Assembly (NCBI GenBank): GCA_913045505.1
Contig: CAJWQN010000002.1
Location: forward strand, 1-40,353
Direction: 5' to 3'
From: an uncultured Rhodospirillaceae bacterium
GTDB lineage: Bacteria; Pseudomonadota; Alphaproteobacteria; UBA7887
DNA: 40,353 nucleotides
A program made the position numbers and the translations under genes. The notes under the pieces were generated by a model. That model did no database searches. It was not told the origin of the DNA and saw only the letters and a program-made list of their open reading frames with translations. Positions 17,285-26,906 of the stretch are shown one piece after another. Every line of letters begins with the position of its first letter. Within the stretch, counting starts at the first letter, position 1.

Positions 17285-19174
17285 TCAGCTCCGCGACGGG
17301 GCCACGAACCGGCCCAAGTCCTCGGCAACCCGCTTGAGCAGCCCGGCCCAGTCGCCCGGCCGGGACTGGCGCATCAGCCGCGCGTTCGGATACCACAGAC
17401 TGTCGGCGCGGCCCATCTGCCAACGCCAGTCCGGGACATAAGGCAGAAGGACCCAGACCGGGCGCCCGAGCGCGCCGGCGAGATGCGCGGTGGTGTTCGA
17501 GGTCGTGATGACCAGGTCCAGCCCCGCCAGTTGGGCGGCGAAATCGTCCAAGTTCAGGGCTTGATCGACCTTCGGGTCGCGATAGAGCGCAAACCCCAGA
17601 GCCTGCTCGGCCGCCGCGATTTCATCGGCGCAATCGCCGTGCTGCAGATTGGCGAAGGCGACCCCGGGCTGGCGCAGTACCTCGGCCCACGTCTCGAGGC
17701 TCGAGGTCTTGGACGCGCTGAACGGAGCGTTGGCACCGATGCTGCGCCAGGCGATGCCGACCTTGACCCCGTCCCGCCACCGATCCATCCGCTCTCGGCA
17801 GGCGGCGGCCCGTTCCGGATCGGCGGCCAAATAAGGCCGGGGGGGCGCGAAGGATTCCGAATCGCGCCGAAGCCAGCGGCACAAATCGCCGACGGCGCAG
17901 TGGAAGTCGATTTCGGGCGCGGCGGTTCGGGCGAGGGCCTCGATTCCGGGATGGGCGCGTTCTAGCAACGGCACCAGGCGCGGGTCGCATTGCACGAGGC
18001 AGCGCTCCGCCGCGCCGGCGACCTCCGGGATCAGGGACGCGAACATCACCTCTTCGCCAACGCCCTGCTCGCCCCAGATCAGGATCGTCCGGCCGGCCAA
18101 CGGCTCACCGCTCCAGGCCGGCGCCGGGAAATCTCGGGCCTGGTAGCGACCCTCTCCGGTGCGCCAACGCCAGGCGTAGCGGTCGAAGCCGTCGCCGAAG
18201 CGGCCGGCGAGGAGCATGAGCATGGCCAGGTTGAGCTGCAGGTCGGGCGAATCGGGTGCCAGGTCCGCCGCCACCTGGCCGCGCGTCAGGGCCTCGTCCA
18301 GGCGCCCCTGCTCGGCCAGGGCGATGGCCAGATTGCCGTGGGCGCGGGCGAGATCGGGCTTTAGCGTGATCGCCGATTTGAGGTGAGAGACGGCATCGTC
18401 GACGCGACCCAAATGGCGGGCCGCGGCACCGTAAGCATTGTGAGCCGGCGCCGATTTCGGGGCGAGTGTCATGGCCTGAACGGCATGTGCGGCGGCCTTT
18501 CGAAAACTCGCCACACGCACCAGCGCTTCCGACAAGTTCACATGGGCATCGACAAGATCCGGGTTGATGGCCAGGGCACGGCGGAACGCCGGGACCGCGT
18601 TACCGAGTTCGCCTTTCATGACCAGCGCCGCGCCCAGATTGTTGTGGGCTTCGGCATAGTCCTCGACCGCCGCCAGCGCCTGGCGGTAGTGATCGATCGC
18701 GGCATCGACGTCGCCCCGGGCGGCGAGCACGGCGCCCAGATTGTTGTGAGCCTCGGCGAAATCTGGCCGTGCCGCGACCGCGCGCCGGTAATGGTCGATC
18801 GCCGCATCCGCACGGTTCTGTCCGGCCAACAGAACGCCGTAATTGTTGTGGCTTTCGCCATGATCGGGCGCCAATTCGAGCGCCCGAAGGTAATGGGTTT
18901 CCGCCGCATCGGCGCGCCCGATCGCGGCCAGGGCGACCGCCAGGCGATTGTGGTAATCGGGTACCGCGTCGTCGGCGTCCAGCGCCCGCGACAGATAGGC
19001 GACCGCCTCCCCCGGTCGGCCCCGCTGAAGCAGAACCACGCCCTGGAGATGGGCGGCCTGGGCATTGTTCGGCTCTTGAGCCAGTACCTCGCCGTAGAAA
19101 CGCTCGGCCTCGTCCAGTTCGCCGCGCTGGTGGCAGCGCAGGCCCAATTCGATCTTGAGTTGCGCCGCTCTCAA
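17285..19174 (-). CDS. TPR-repeat + GT9-like glycosyltransferase, paralog D
   Basis: No in-frame ATG precedes the TPR head (LKIELGLRCHQRGELDEAERFY). The start is taken as TTG 19174, overlapping the stop of paralog E (TTGA) and preceded by GGAGAA. C-terminal motifs: WGEQGVGEEVMFASLI, NLQHGDC, ITTSNTTAHLAGALGRPVW, PDWRWQ. Confidence 0.8.
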   Translation of the reverse strand: MRAAQLKIELGLRCHQRGELDEAERFYGEVLAQEPNNAQAAHLQGVVLLQRGRPGEAVAYLSRALDADDAVPDYHNRLAVALAAIGRADAAETHYLRALELAPDHGESHNNYGVLLAGQNRADAAIDHYRRAVAARPDFAEAHNNLGAVLAARGDVDAAIDHYRQALAAVEDYAEAHNNLGAALVMKGELGNAVPAFRRALAINPDLVDAHVNLSEALVRVASFRKAAAHAVQAMTLAPKSAPAHNAYGAAARHLGRVDDAVSHLKSAITLKPDLARAHGNLAIALAEQGRLDEALTRGQVAADLAPDSPDLQLNLAMLMLLAGRFGDGFDRYAWRWRTGEGRYQARDFPAPAWSGEPLAGRTILIWGEQGVGEEVMFASLIPEVAGAAERCLVQCDPRLVPLLERAHPGIEALARTAAPEIDFHCAVGDLCRWLRRDSESFAPPRPYLAADPERAAACRERMDRWRDGVKVGIAWRSIGANAPFSASKTSSLETWAEVLRQPGVAFANLQHGDCADEIAAAEQALGFALYRDPKVDQALNLDDFAAQLAGLDLVITTSNTTAHLAGALGRPVWVLLPYVPDWRWQMGRADSLWYPNARLMRQSRPGDWAGLLKRVAEDLGRFVAPSRS

Positions 19175-20673
19175 GGTCTCCGATTCTCCGCGGCCAGGGT
19201 GGCGCCGACCTCGGCCAGCACCGAGGTCCAATCGCCCGGGGTGGGCTGGCGAAACAGGCGCGCGTCACGATACCACAGGCTCGCCGCGCCGGTTGCTTGC
19301 CAGCGCCAATCCGGAATCTTGGGCACCATCACCCAGATCGGCTTGCCGAGCGCGCCGGCGATATGGACCGCCGTGTTCGAGGTTGCGATCACCCGGTCGA
19401 GGGCCGCGATCTGGGCGGTGAGATCGTCGAGGCTGGCCAATTGATCGATTTCCGGATCGTGATGGACACGAACCCCGAGGCGGGCCTCGACCGCGGCCAG
19501 ATCGGCGGTGCAGTCGCCGTATTGGAGGTTCACGAAGCGCATGCCGGGGACACCGAAAATCGGCTCCCATTGATCGAGGCTGGTCGATTTGCCATCCGCG
19601 AACCGCTGCATCTGGGGGCTCCGGTCGTGAAGGCGGCTGCGCCAGGCGATGCCGACGAGGGGTCCCGGTCCCAGGGCGTCATAGCGACCGCGAATCGCCG
19701 CCGCGTGGTCGGCGTCGGCGGCCAGATAAGCCCGGCGGGGCTCGAACGAGTCCCGATCGCGCCGAAGCCACCGGCACAAGGCCCCGATCGCGCATTGGCA
19801 ATCGATATCCGGCGTCAGGGTCGCCTCATCCGGCGGGTCGGATCGGGCGACCACTTGGGCGCTGGGAAACGATCGCGCCAGCACCGGCACCAGCCGGGGA
19901 TCGCATTCGACCACGCAGGCCGCCGCCGCCGCCACCACCGCATCAAGCACGGACGCAAACATGACCTGATCGCCGGTGCCCTGCTCGCCCCAGACCAGAA
20001 TTTTGGTCCCCGCAAGCGATGTGCCGTCCCACACCGGCTGCGGGAACTGCCGGGTCCATGCGCCCGGCTCGCGGAAACGCCAATCGAAAGCCGCGAATCC
20101 GGCCTCGAATCGGCCTTGGAGAAGCAAGGCCATGCCAAGGTTCTTTTGCGCCTCCGCGTAGTCAGGTCGAACCGCGACCGCGCGGCCATGGGCTTCGATC
20201 GCGCCGTCGATGTCGCCCATCTCCTTCAGGGAGACGCCCAGATTGTTGTGGGCTTCGGCGAAGTCGGGGTCGGCGTCGAGTGCCCGCCGGTAGCCGGCCA
20301 CCGCGTCGTCGAGTTGCCCCCGGTTGGCCGCCACGATGGCAAGATTGTTGTGAGCCTCGGCGTATCGCGGGTTCAGTTCCAGGGCGTGGCGATAATGGCC
20401 GATCGCGCGGTCGTCCTGTCCCGCCGCCACCAGTGCGATTCCCATCCGGCAATGATAGACCGGATTGTCGGCATCCTTCTCCAGCGCTCCGCTCAGGCAG
20501 GCGAGCGCCTCCTGATTGCGCCCGGTCTGGTAGGCGACCACGCCGAGCAGATGCAGGGCTTCGCCGTGGCCCGAATCCTCGGCCAGGATTTCGCGGTACA
20601 GGCGCTCGGCCTCGTCCAGCGCGCCGGACTGGTGGTGGCGGAGCGCGATCCCCAACTTGAGCGCGGCGGTCAT
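19171..20673 (-). CDS. TPR-repeat + GT9-like glycosyltransferase, paralog E
   Basis: ATG 20673 overlaps the stop of paralog F (ATGA). MTAALKLGIALRHHQSGALDEAERLYREILAED..., then WGEQGTGDQVMFASVL, NLQYGDC, IATSNTAVHIAGALGKPIW, PDWRWQ. The track ORF to 21015 is an extension into paralog F. Confidence 0.85.
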   Translation of the reverse strand: MTAALKLGIALRHHQSGALDEAERLYREILAEDSGHGEALHLLGVVAYQTGRNQEALACLSGALEKDADNPVYHCRMGIALVAAGQDDRAIGHYRHALELNPRYAEAHNNLAIVAANRGQLDDAVAGYRRALDADPDFAEAHNNLGVSLKEMGDIDGAIEAHGRAVAVRPDYAEAQKNLGMALLLQGRFEAGFAAFDWRFREPGAWTRQFPQPVWDGTSLAGTKILVWGEQGTGDQVMFASVLDAVVAAAAACVVECDPRLVPVLARSFPSAQVVARSDPPDEATLTPDIDCQCAIGALCRWLRRDRDSFEPRRAYLAADADHAAAIRGRYDALGPGPLVGIAWRSRLHDRSPQMQRFADGKSTSLDQWEPIFGVPGMRFVNLQYGDCTADLAAVEARLGVRVHHDPEIDQLASLDDLTAQIAALDRVIATSNTAVHIAGALGKPIWVMVPKIPDWRWQATGAASLWYRDARLFRQPTPGDWTSVLAEVGATLAAENRRP

Positions 20674-23084
20674 GATCGGCCCGCCCGCCAGACCGCCAGA
20701 TCCGCGGCAACCTGCGTGAACACCGACTCCCAATCGCCGAACCGGGGTTGGCGGATCAGGCGCATGTTCGGGTACCACAGCGTATCGGAGCGGCCGAGCT
20801 GCCAGCGCCAATCCGGCGCAAAGGGCAGCATGGTCCAGACCGGTTTGCCGAGCGCGCCGGCGACGTGGACGGTCGAATTCGATATCGAGACAACCAAATC
20901 CAAGGCATCGATCTGGGCGGCGAAATCGTCGAGATTCGCCATTTGGTCGATCGTGGTATCGTCGATCACGGTGACGCCCAGCCGGCGCTCGATCTGGGCC
21001 AGATCCGCCGCGCAATCGCCGTATTGCAGGTTGACGAATTCCACGCCGTCCTGGCTAAGAACAGGGTCCCAATGGACCAGCGGCGAGGTCTTGATGGTAC
21101 CCCAGCGGGGAGTCTTGCTGCGCCACGCGATGCCGATCTTGAGCCCCGGACCATAGCGGGCGCGGACCGCCGCCGATTTGGCGGGATCGGCGGCCAGATA
21201 GGGTTCGGGCGCGGCGAAACTGTCACCGGTGCGACGCAGCCAGCGCGGCAGGCTCCCGAGCGCGCATTGAAAATCGATGTCGGCGGCGGCGGTCGCCGGG
21301 TCCGGGGGCGTGGCCGCCTTGACCACATGGGCGCCGGGAAAAGAGCGCTCGAACAGCGGCACCAGCCGGTGTTCGCACTCGATCGTGCAATGGCCGGCGG
21401 CCTCGACGACTTCGGGCAGGACCGATGCCAGCATGATCTGGTCGCCGACCCCCTGTTCGCCCCAGATCAGGATCGACCGGCCGGCCAAGTCCTCTCCCTG
21501 CCAGCGCGGCTGGGTGAATGGCCGCGGCCGGGCCGCCGGATCCCGCCAGCGCCACTCATACTCGTTATGGCCGGCGGCGAAATCGCCGTGGAGGAGCAAC
21601 GCCATGCCCAGGTTCTGATGGGCGCCCGCCGAAGTCGGGTCAAGGCGGACGGCCTCGCGATAGTGGGCGATGGAGTCGCTGAACGCGCCGGTCCCGCCCA
21701 GGGTATTGCCCAGATTGTTGTGGGCTTCGGCGTAGCCCGGTTTGATGGCGATCGCCCGCTCCAACGCCGCGATCGAATCCTGATAGCGGCCCGTTTGCCG
21801 GAGCGCCGTGCCCAGATTGTTGAGAACCTCGGCCCGGTCCGGATCGATCGCGAGGGCTTGGCGGAGAATGACCTCCGCCTGCTCGAACGCGTCCTGCTCC
21901 ATGCGCACGTTGGCGATGTTGACCAAGGTCTCGATGCTGTCCGGTTTCAAGGTCTGGGCGCGCTCGAACCGTTCAAGGGCCTCCGCCTGTTTTCCCTGGC
22001 GACGCAAAACCAGCCCGGCGCCGTTGAGAGCCGGAACGAAATCGGGATCGATCTCGAGCGCCCGGACGAATCGCGCCATCGCCGCTTCGAGGGTACCTTG
22101 GCCCAGCAACGCCCGGCCCAGCTGGGTGATGGCTTCGAGATTGTCCGGATCGGCGGCGTTGGCGCGCCGTGCATGATCGAGGCCCGCCTCGATGTCGCCG
22201 CGCTCGATCAGCAGGCCCGACAAATTGCCGTGCGCGGCAGCGAAATCGGCCTCCAGCGCGATCGCCTGTTCGAAATGGTCGATGGCCGTTTCCCTCTCGC
22301 CCAGTCCGGCCAAGCAGATGCCCAGGTTGTTGTGGGCCTCGGCCATTCCGGGATCGAGCTCGAGGGCCGTCCGGTAGTGCTCCGCCGCCGCCGCGGTCTC
22401 GCCGTTTTGGCGCAGGGCGTCGGCCAGGTTGGAATGGGCCTCGGCATAATCGGGTTTGATCCGGACGGCTTCGCGCAATGATGCTATCGCTCGGGAGAAA
22501 TCGCCGCGCCGGCATGCGGCGGCGCCCAAATTGTTGTGGGCCTCGGCGTAGTTGGGGTCGCGGGCCAGTGCCTGCCGGTAATGGGACTCCGCCTCGTCGG
22601 CCCGGCCGATAGCGGCCAGAGCCACCCCCAGATTGTTGTGCGCCTGAGCGAAATCGGCGCGGGCGCGGAGGGCCGAGCGGTAATGGACGACCGCTTCGTC
22701 GAGATTGCCGCCACCGGCCAGCAGGACGCCGAGATTATTGTGGGCCTCGCCATGGCCGGGATCGAGGTCGATCGCCCTGCGGTACTGCGCCGCCGCCCGT
22801 TTCGTCTGCCCGCTCGCCGCCCAGGCCAGGCCGAGCCGATTGAAATAGTCGGGTTTGGTCCCGTCCGCTTCGACCGCCCGGCCCAGAAGGGCGACCGCTT
22901 CCTGATTGCGGCCGGTTTGAAGCGCGACCACGCCAAGCAGGTGCAAGGCGTCCGCGTGCCCCGGCGCCACCGCCAACGCTTCGCGGTAAAGCCGCTCGGC
23001 CTCGCTCAGACGCCCGGTCTGATGAAAACGCAGGGCGAGGCCCAGCTTGAGATCGACGGGATCGGTGGATGGGGCGGCGGACAT
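20670..23084 (-). CDS. TPR-repeat + GT9-like glycosyltransferase, paralog F (longest, 804 aa)
   Basis: ATG 23084. The TPR region is about 530 aa (roughly 14 repeats by eye), then WGEQGVGDQIMLASVL, NLQYGDC, VSISNSTVHVAGALGKPVW, PDWRWQ, TLWYPNMRLIRQ. Confidence 0.88.
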   Translation of the reverse strand: MSAAPSTDPVDLKLGLALRFHQTGRLSEAERLYREALAVAPGHADALHLLGVVALQTGRNQEAVALLGRAVEADGTKPDYFNRLGLAWAASGQTKRAAAQYRRAIDLDPGHGEAHNNLGVLLAGGGNLDEAVVHYRSALRARADFAQAHNNLGVALAAIGRADEAESHYRQALARDPNYAEAHNNLGAAACRRGDFSRAIASLREAVRIKPDYAEAHSNLADALRQNGETAAAAEHYRTALELDPGMAEAHNNLGICLAGLGERETAIDHFEQAIALEADFAAAHGNLSGLLIERGDIEAGLDHARRANAADPDNLEAITQLGRALLGQGTLEAAMARFVRALEIDPDFVPALNGAGLVLRRQGKQAEALERFERAQTLKPDSIETLVNIANVRMEQDAFEQAEVILRQALAIDPDRAEVLNNLGTALRQTGRYQDSIAALERAIAIKPGYAEAHNNLGNTLGGTGAFSDSIAHYREAVRLDPTSAGAHQNLGMALLLHGDFAAGHNEYEWRWRDPAARPRPFTQPRWQGEDLAGRSILIWGEQGVGDQIMLASVLPEVVEAAGHCTIECEHRLVPLFERSFPGAHVVKAATPPDPATAAADIDFQCALGSLPRWLRRTGDSFAAPEPYLAADPAKSAAVRARYGPGLKIGIAWRSKTPRWGTIKTSPLVHWDPVLSQDGVEFVNLQYGDCAADLAQIERRLGVTVIDDTTIDQMANLDDFAAQIDALDLVVSISNSTVHVAGALGKPVWTMLPFAPDWRWQLGRSDTLWYPNMRLIRQPRFGDWESVFTQVAADLAVWRAGRS

Positions 23085-23117
23085 CGCGGTCGCTCGTGGC
23101 CTAGGGGGCCGTGGCGG

Positions 23118-23774
23118 CTAGCCCGCGATCACCTCCGTGTTCGCCTGAGCGGTGCCGTCGGTGCCGATGACGTTGGACTCCACCATGAAGATATACCGGA
23201 TCGAGGCATGGTCGCGGGCGATGTCCTGGATCAACGTGCTCCACCATGGTTTCGGTTGGATCGTGCAATGGGCGTTCTCGCCATTGGGCAGATGCTTGCG
23301 CGCCGGATAGCTGGCGATGTTGCCGAACACGAAAATTCGAGCATAGCCGAAAATTTCGTCCAGGATCCACGGCAGGTCCTCCTCCGGGCAATGTTCCAGC
23401 ACATCGATGCTGATCACCGCGTCGTAGCGGTCTTCGGGCAAGGTGCTGAACGGCTCGTAGCCGGGATCGTAACAGGTGATCGAGTCGACCCCCCAATAGG
23501 CGGCCAAATCCGCGAATTGAGTCCCATCGGGGTCGGTGATCGGGAATGTGTATTGGAGTCCCTTGCCGGCGCCGTAGTCGAGCACCGTCAGGGGGTGAAA
23601 ATTATCCATAACCTTTTTGATCAGGACCGCCTGCCGGGTCAGGCTCTGACCGGGAAAGGTCTGATCGGGCGCCAGCCCCAGGGCGCGTTCGCCGTTGACA
23701 TGCATGTCCTTGTAAAGGGCCAGCAGCTCGACATAGCGCGGGCTGGGTTCGGTGCGGCTATACTGCTTGTCCAT
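23118..23774 (-). CDS. Class I SAM-dependent methyltransferase (type 1)
   Basis: The 218-aa product has motif I VLDYGAGKG and the post-motif block DAVISIDVLEHCPEEDL. It is the first gene of the minus-strand operon, 33 nt upstream of paralog F. Confidence 0.7.
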   Translation of the reverse strand: MDKQYSRTEPSPRYVELLALYKDMHVNGERALGLAPDQTFPGQSLTRQAVLIKKVMDNFHPLTVLDYGAGKGLQYTFPITDPDGTQFADLAAYWGVDSITCYDPGYEPFSTLPEDRYDAVISIDVLEHCPEEDLPWILDEIFGYARIFVFGNIASYPARKHLPNGENAHCTIQPKPWWSTLIQDIARDHASIRYIFMVESNVIGTDGTAQANTEVIAG

Positions 23775-23896
23775 CGCTTGTGAACCCTCGTTTCGATCGC
23801 GGCGCCGAAGTGCGATATCACACTAGTCCCACGACCCTTAAGATAGTCTTTACCAGCGCCGGCGCAAAACGGTGGCTGATTCTCGGGTCGCGGTGA

Positions 23897-26236
23897 ATGA
23901 CGGATCACACCAAAAGGCTCCAGGCCGGTCTCGCCCTTCAACAGGCTGCGCGCTTCACCGCGGCCGAGCAGATCTATCGGAGCGTGCTCGACGTCGATTC
24001 CGGCAATCCGGACGCGCTCCATCTGCTGGGCCTGATCCTGCTCCAACGCGGCGAATTGGCGGCGGCGACCGATCTGGTCGCCCGGGCGGCGGACGCGGCG
24101 CCCGCGACCGCGATCTATCACAACAGCCTGGGCGAATGTTATCGGATGGGAGGCGAGGCCGAGGCGGCGATCACGGCCTATCGCCGGGCCATCGCGGCCG
24201 ATCCGGGCTACGCCGAGCCGCTCAGCAACCTGTCGCTCCTGTTGCGCGATCAGGGCCTCATCGACGAGGCGGTGGCGGCGCTCCGCCAAGCGATCGCGAT
24301 CAAGCCCGATTACGCCGAAGCCCACAACAATCTGGGCGTCAATCTCTACGACATCGAGGCCTTCGAAGAGGCGGTAGCGGCCTATCGGCTCGCGCTCCGC
24401 CTCAACCCGGCATTGATCAGCGCCTACTCCAACATGGGCAATGCGCTCCGAAAGCTGGGCCGACTCGACGAGGAGATCGCCGCCTACCGCGAGGCGATCG
24501 CGCGCGACCCGGACCATGCCGATGCCCACAGCAATCTGGGCACCGTGCTCCAGCAGCAGCGCCGGCTCGACGAGGCGATTGCCAGCTATCGTCGGGCCCT
24601 GGCCATCGATCCGGACCTGGCCGATGCCCATAACAATCTGGGCGCGGCGCTGTTTGAGGCCGGGGCGCCGGGCGAGGCCAGGGAGGCCATCCGCCGGGCC
24701 ATCGCGCACAAGCCCGATTATGCCGAGGCCCACAACAATCTCGGCAACGTGCTCTTTCAGTTCGGCCGGGCCGGCGAGGCCCTGGACCATATCGAGCGCA
24801 GTCTGGACATCGACCCCGATTACGATACGGCCTATTTCAATCTGGTTTCGCATCTGCCGGTGATCGGCGATTGGGAACGCCAGGCGCGCTATCTGAAGGA
24901 ATTGCGCCCACGCCTGGACGCCGCCCTCGCGCGCGGCAACGAAACCGCTTTGGCGAGCTTGGTGCCGCTCTCGTTCACCTTGCCCTATTTCTCCTCCGAC
25001 ACCGCCATGCATCTGGACGCGGTCCGGGCGGTGGCCGAATACACCTCGATCTTGAGCGAGCGGCTGGCACCGGGGATGCGCTTCGCGGCCCCCGACCACA
25101 CCTCACGGCTCAAGATCGGCTATGTCTCGCCGGACTTCGGCGACCACCCGATCAGCCATGTGACGCTGCCGGTCTACGGACTTCACGATCGCGCCCGGTT
25201 CGAGGTCACTTGCTATTCCCTGCTCGACCGCGCCGGCGAGACCAGTGGCTATCTGAACGAAATTCAACATGCCGCCGACCATTTCGTTGATCTCGCCGCG
25301 ACCTCGTTCGTCGATACCGCCCGGCGGATCGCGGACGACGGCATCCATATCCTGGTCGATCTCACCGGCTACATGCGCCACTCCCGCCCGCAGACGTTCG
25401 CCATGCGCCCGGCGCCCGTCCAGGTCTACTGGCTGGGCCACGGCGGCAGCCTGGGCGCGCCCTATATGGATTACGTGATCGGCGATCCCTGGGTCACGCC
25501 GCTAGCCGAGGACGGGACCTATACCGAAAAGATCGCGCGCCTGCCCGATACCTTCTCCAGCGCCGATCGGGCGCCGATCTCGGACGCCCCCCAACGGCGC
25601 GCTGAATACGGACTGCCCGAGCACGCCGTGGTGTTCGTGGCGTTCAACAACGCCCTCAAGATCGAACGCTCATGCTTTGCCGTCTGGATGAAGATTCTGG
25701 CCGCGGTGCCGGACAGCGTGCTGTGGCTGAGCGGCGGCGGCAATGCTGATTTGCGGGCCAATCTCAGCCGTGTCGCCGCCGCGGGCGGGATCGATCCAGC
25801 GCGGTTGGTGTTCGCCGGGCGGGTTGCCGACAAGGCGACCCATCTCGCCCGCCACCGCCTGGCCGATCTGTTTCTGGATACGTTCAAATTCAACGCCTCG
25901 ACCACCGCGCTCGATGCGCTCTGGGCCGGGTTGCCGATCGTGACCCTGGCCGGCGACAACTTCACTTCGCGAATCGGCGCCAGCTATCTGAACGCGCTTG
26001 GCCTCCCCCAACTGGTCGCGGCCGACGCCGCCGCCTATCGGGATATGGCCGTTGCCCTGGCTCTGGATGGGTCGCGCCGCCAGGACCTCAAGCACCGTCT
26101 CGATGGCCTGCGCCTGACCAGCCCGCTGTTCGATCCAGCCCGGTTTACCCGCCACCTCGAATCGGCCTACGAGCGGATGTGGCATCGTTTCGAAACCGGC
26201 GCCGGGCCCGAGAGTTTCGACGTCCCCGCGATTTAA
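23897..26236 (+). CDS. TPR-repeat + GT41 (OGT/SPINDLY-type) glycosyltransferase, paralog H
   Basis: N-terminal TPRs. The GT41 core has IGYVSPDFGDHPISHV (compare human OGT YVSSDFGNHPTSH as I recall it), ILVDLTGYM, QVYWLGHGGSLGAPYMDYVIGD, VVFVAFNNALKI, WMKIL, RLADLFLDTFKFNASTTALDALWAGLPIVT and SPLFD..RFTRHLESAYERMW. Confidence 0.85.
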   Translation: MTDHTKRLQAGLALQQAARFTAAEQIYRSVLDVDSGNPDALHLLGLILLQRGELAAATDLVARAADAAPATAIYHNSLGECYRMGGEAEAAITAYRRAIAADPGYAEPLSNLSLLLRDQGLIDEAVAALRQAIAIKPDYAEAHNNLGVNLYDIEAFEEAVAAYRLALRLNPALISAYSNMGNALRKLGRLDEEIAAYREAIARDPDHADAHSNLGTVLQQQRRLDEAIASYRRALAIDPDLADAHNNLGAALFEAGAPGEAREAIRRAIAHKPDYAEAHNNLGNVLFQFGRAGEALDHIERSLDIDPDYDTAYFNLVSHLPVIGDWERQARYLKELRPRLDAALARGNETALASLVPLSFTLPYFSSDTAMHLDAVRAVAEYTSILSERLAPGMRFAAPDHTSRLKIGYVSPDFGDHPISHVTLPVYGLHDRARFEVTCYSLLDRAGETSGYLNEIQHAADHFVDLAATSFVDTARRIADDGIHILVDLTGYMRHSRPQTFAMRPAPVQVYWLGHGGSLGAPYMDYVIGDPWVTPLAEDGTYTEKIARLPDTFSSADRAPISDAPQRRAEYGLPEHAVVFVAFNNALKIERSCFAVWMKILAAVPDSVLWLSGGGNADLRANLSRVAAAGGIDPARLVFAGRVADKATHLARHRLADLFLDTFKFNASTTALDALWAGLPIVTLAGDNFTSRIGASYLNALGLPQLVAADAAAYRDMAVALALDGSRRQDLKHRLDGLRLTSPLFDPARFTRHLESAYERMWHRFETGAGPESFDVPAI

Positions 26237-26272
26237 GGAATCATTTAGGGTTTCGATGGCAATCTTGCGGGC

Positions 26273-26881
26273 ATGCGGATGACCGAACCGGAGCGCGCCC
26301 AGCGGATGGTGGCGCTGACGCAAGCGCTGAACGCGGACGCGCCGGCGCCCCGGCGCTTGCATCTGGGCTGCGGCACGCGCCATATTCCCGGATTCTTTCA
26401 CATCGATCTGGTCCCTCATTCCCATGTCGACTGGCTGGGCTCGGTCGAGCGTCTTGACCCGATTGCCGACGACAGCGTCGATCTCATCTACGCCAGCCAC
26501 GTGCTCGAGCATTTCGGCCGCTACCAGGTGTTCGACGTGGTCAGCGAATGGTACCGTGTTCTCAGGCCCGGCGGCGTGCTCCGGGTCGCGGTGCCCGATT
26601 TCGAGGCGGCCGCGGGTTTTTATCTGGCCGACGGCGATATTCGTCATGTCCTGGGGCTGATCATGGGTGGCCAAACAGCCCCTCACGACTATCACTACGC
26701 GATTTTCGACGAGACCAATTTGGGTGAGCTGCTGGCCGATGTCGGCTTCGAGAGGATTCGGCGTTACGATTGGCGCCAAACCGAACATGCCTGGCTCGAC
26801 GATTTCAGCCAGGCCTATCTGCCCCATATGGACAAGGACAACGGCACCCTGGTCAGCCTCAACGTCGAAGCGGTGAAATGA
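26273..26881 (+). CDS. Small SAM-dependent methyltransferase (type 2, paralog 1)
   Basis: The 202-aa product has LHLGCG (motif I) and SVDLIYASHVLEHFGRYQVFDVVSEWYRVLRPGGVLRVAVPD (Methyltransf_11-like). It is about two-thirds identical to the gene at 31144..31740. Confidence 0.75.
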   Translation: MRMTEPERAQRMVALTQALNADAPAPRRLHLGCGTRHIPGFFHIDLVPHSHVDWLGSVERLDPIADDSVDLIYASHVLEHFGRYQVFDVVSEWYRVLRPGGVLRVAVPDFEAAAGFYLADGDIRHVLGLIMGGQTAPHDYHYAIFDETNLGELLADVGFERIRRYDWRQTEHAWLDDFSQAYLPHMDKDNGTLVSLNVEAVK

Positions 26882-26906
26882 CCGGCGGGCGGCAAGGAGC
26901 CTGAGA

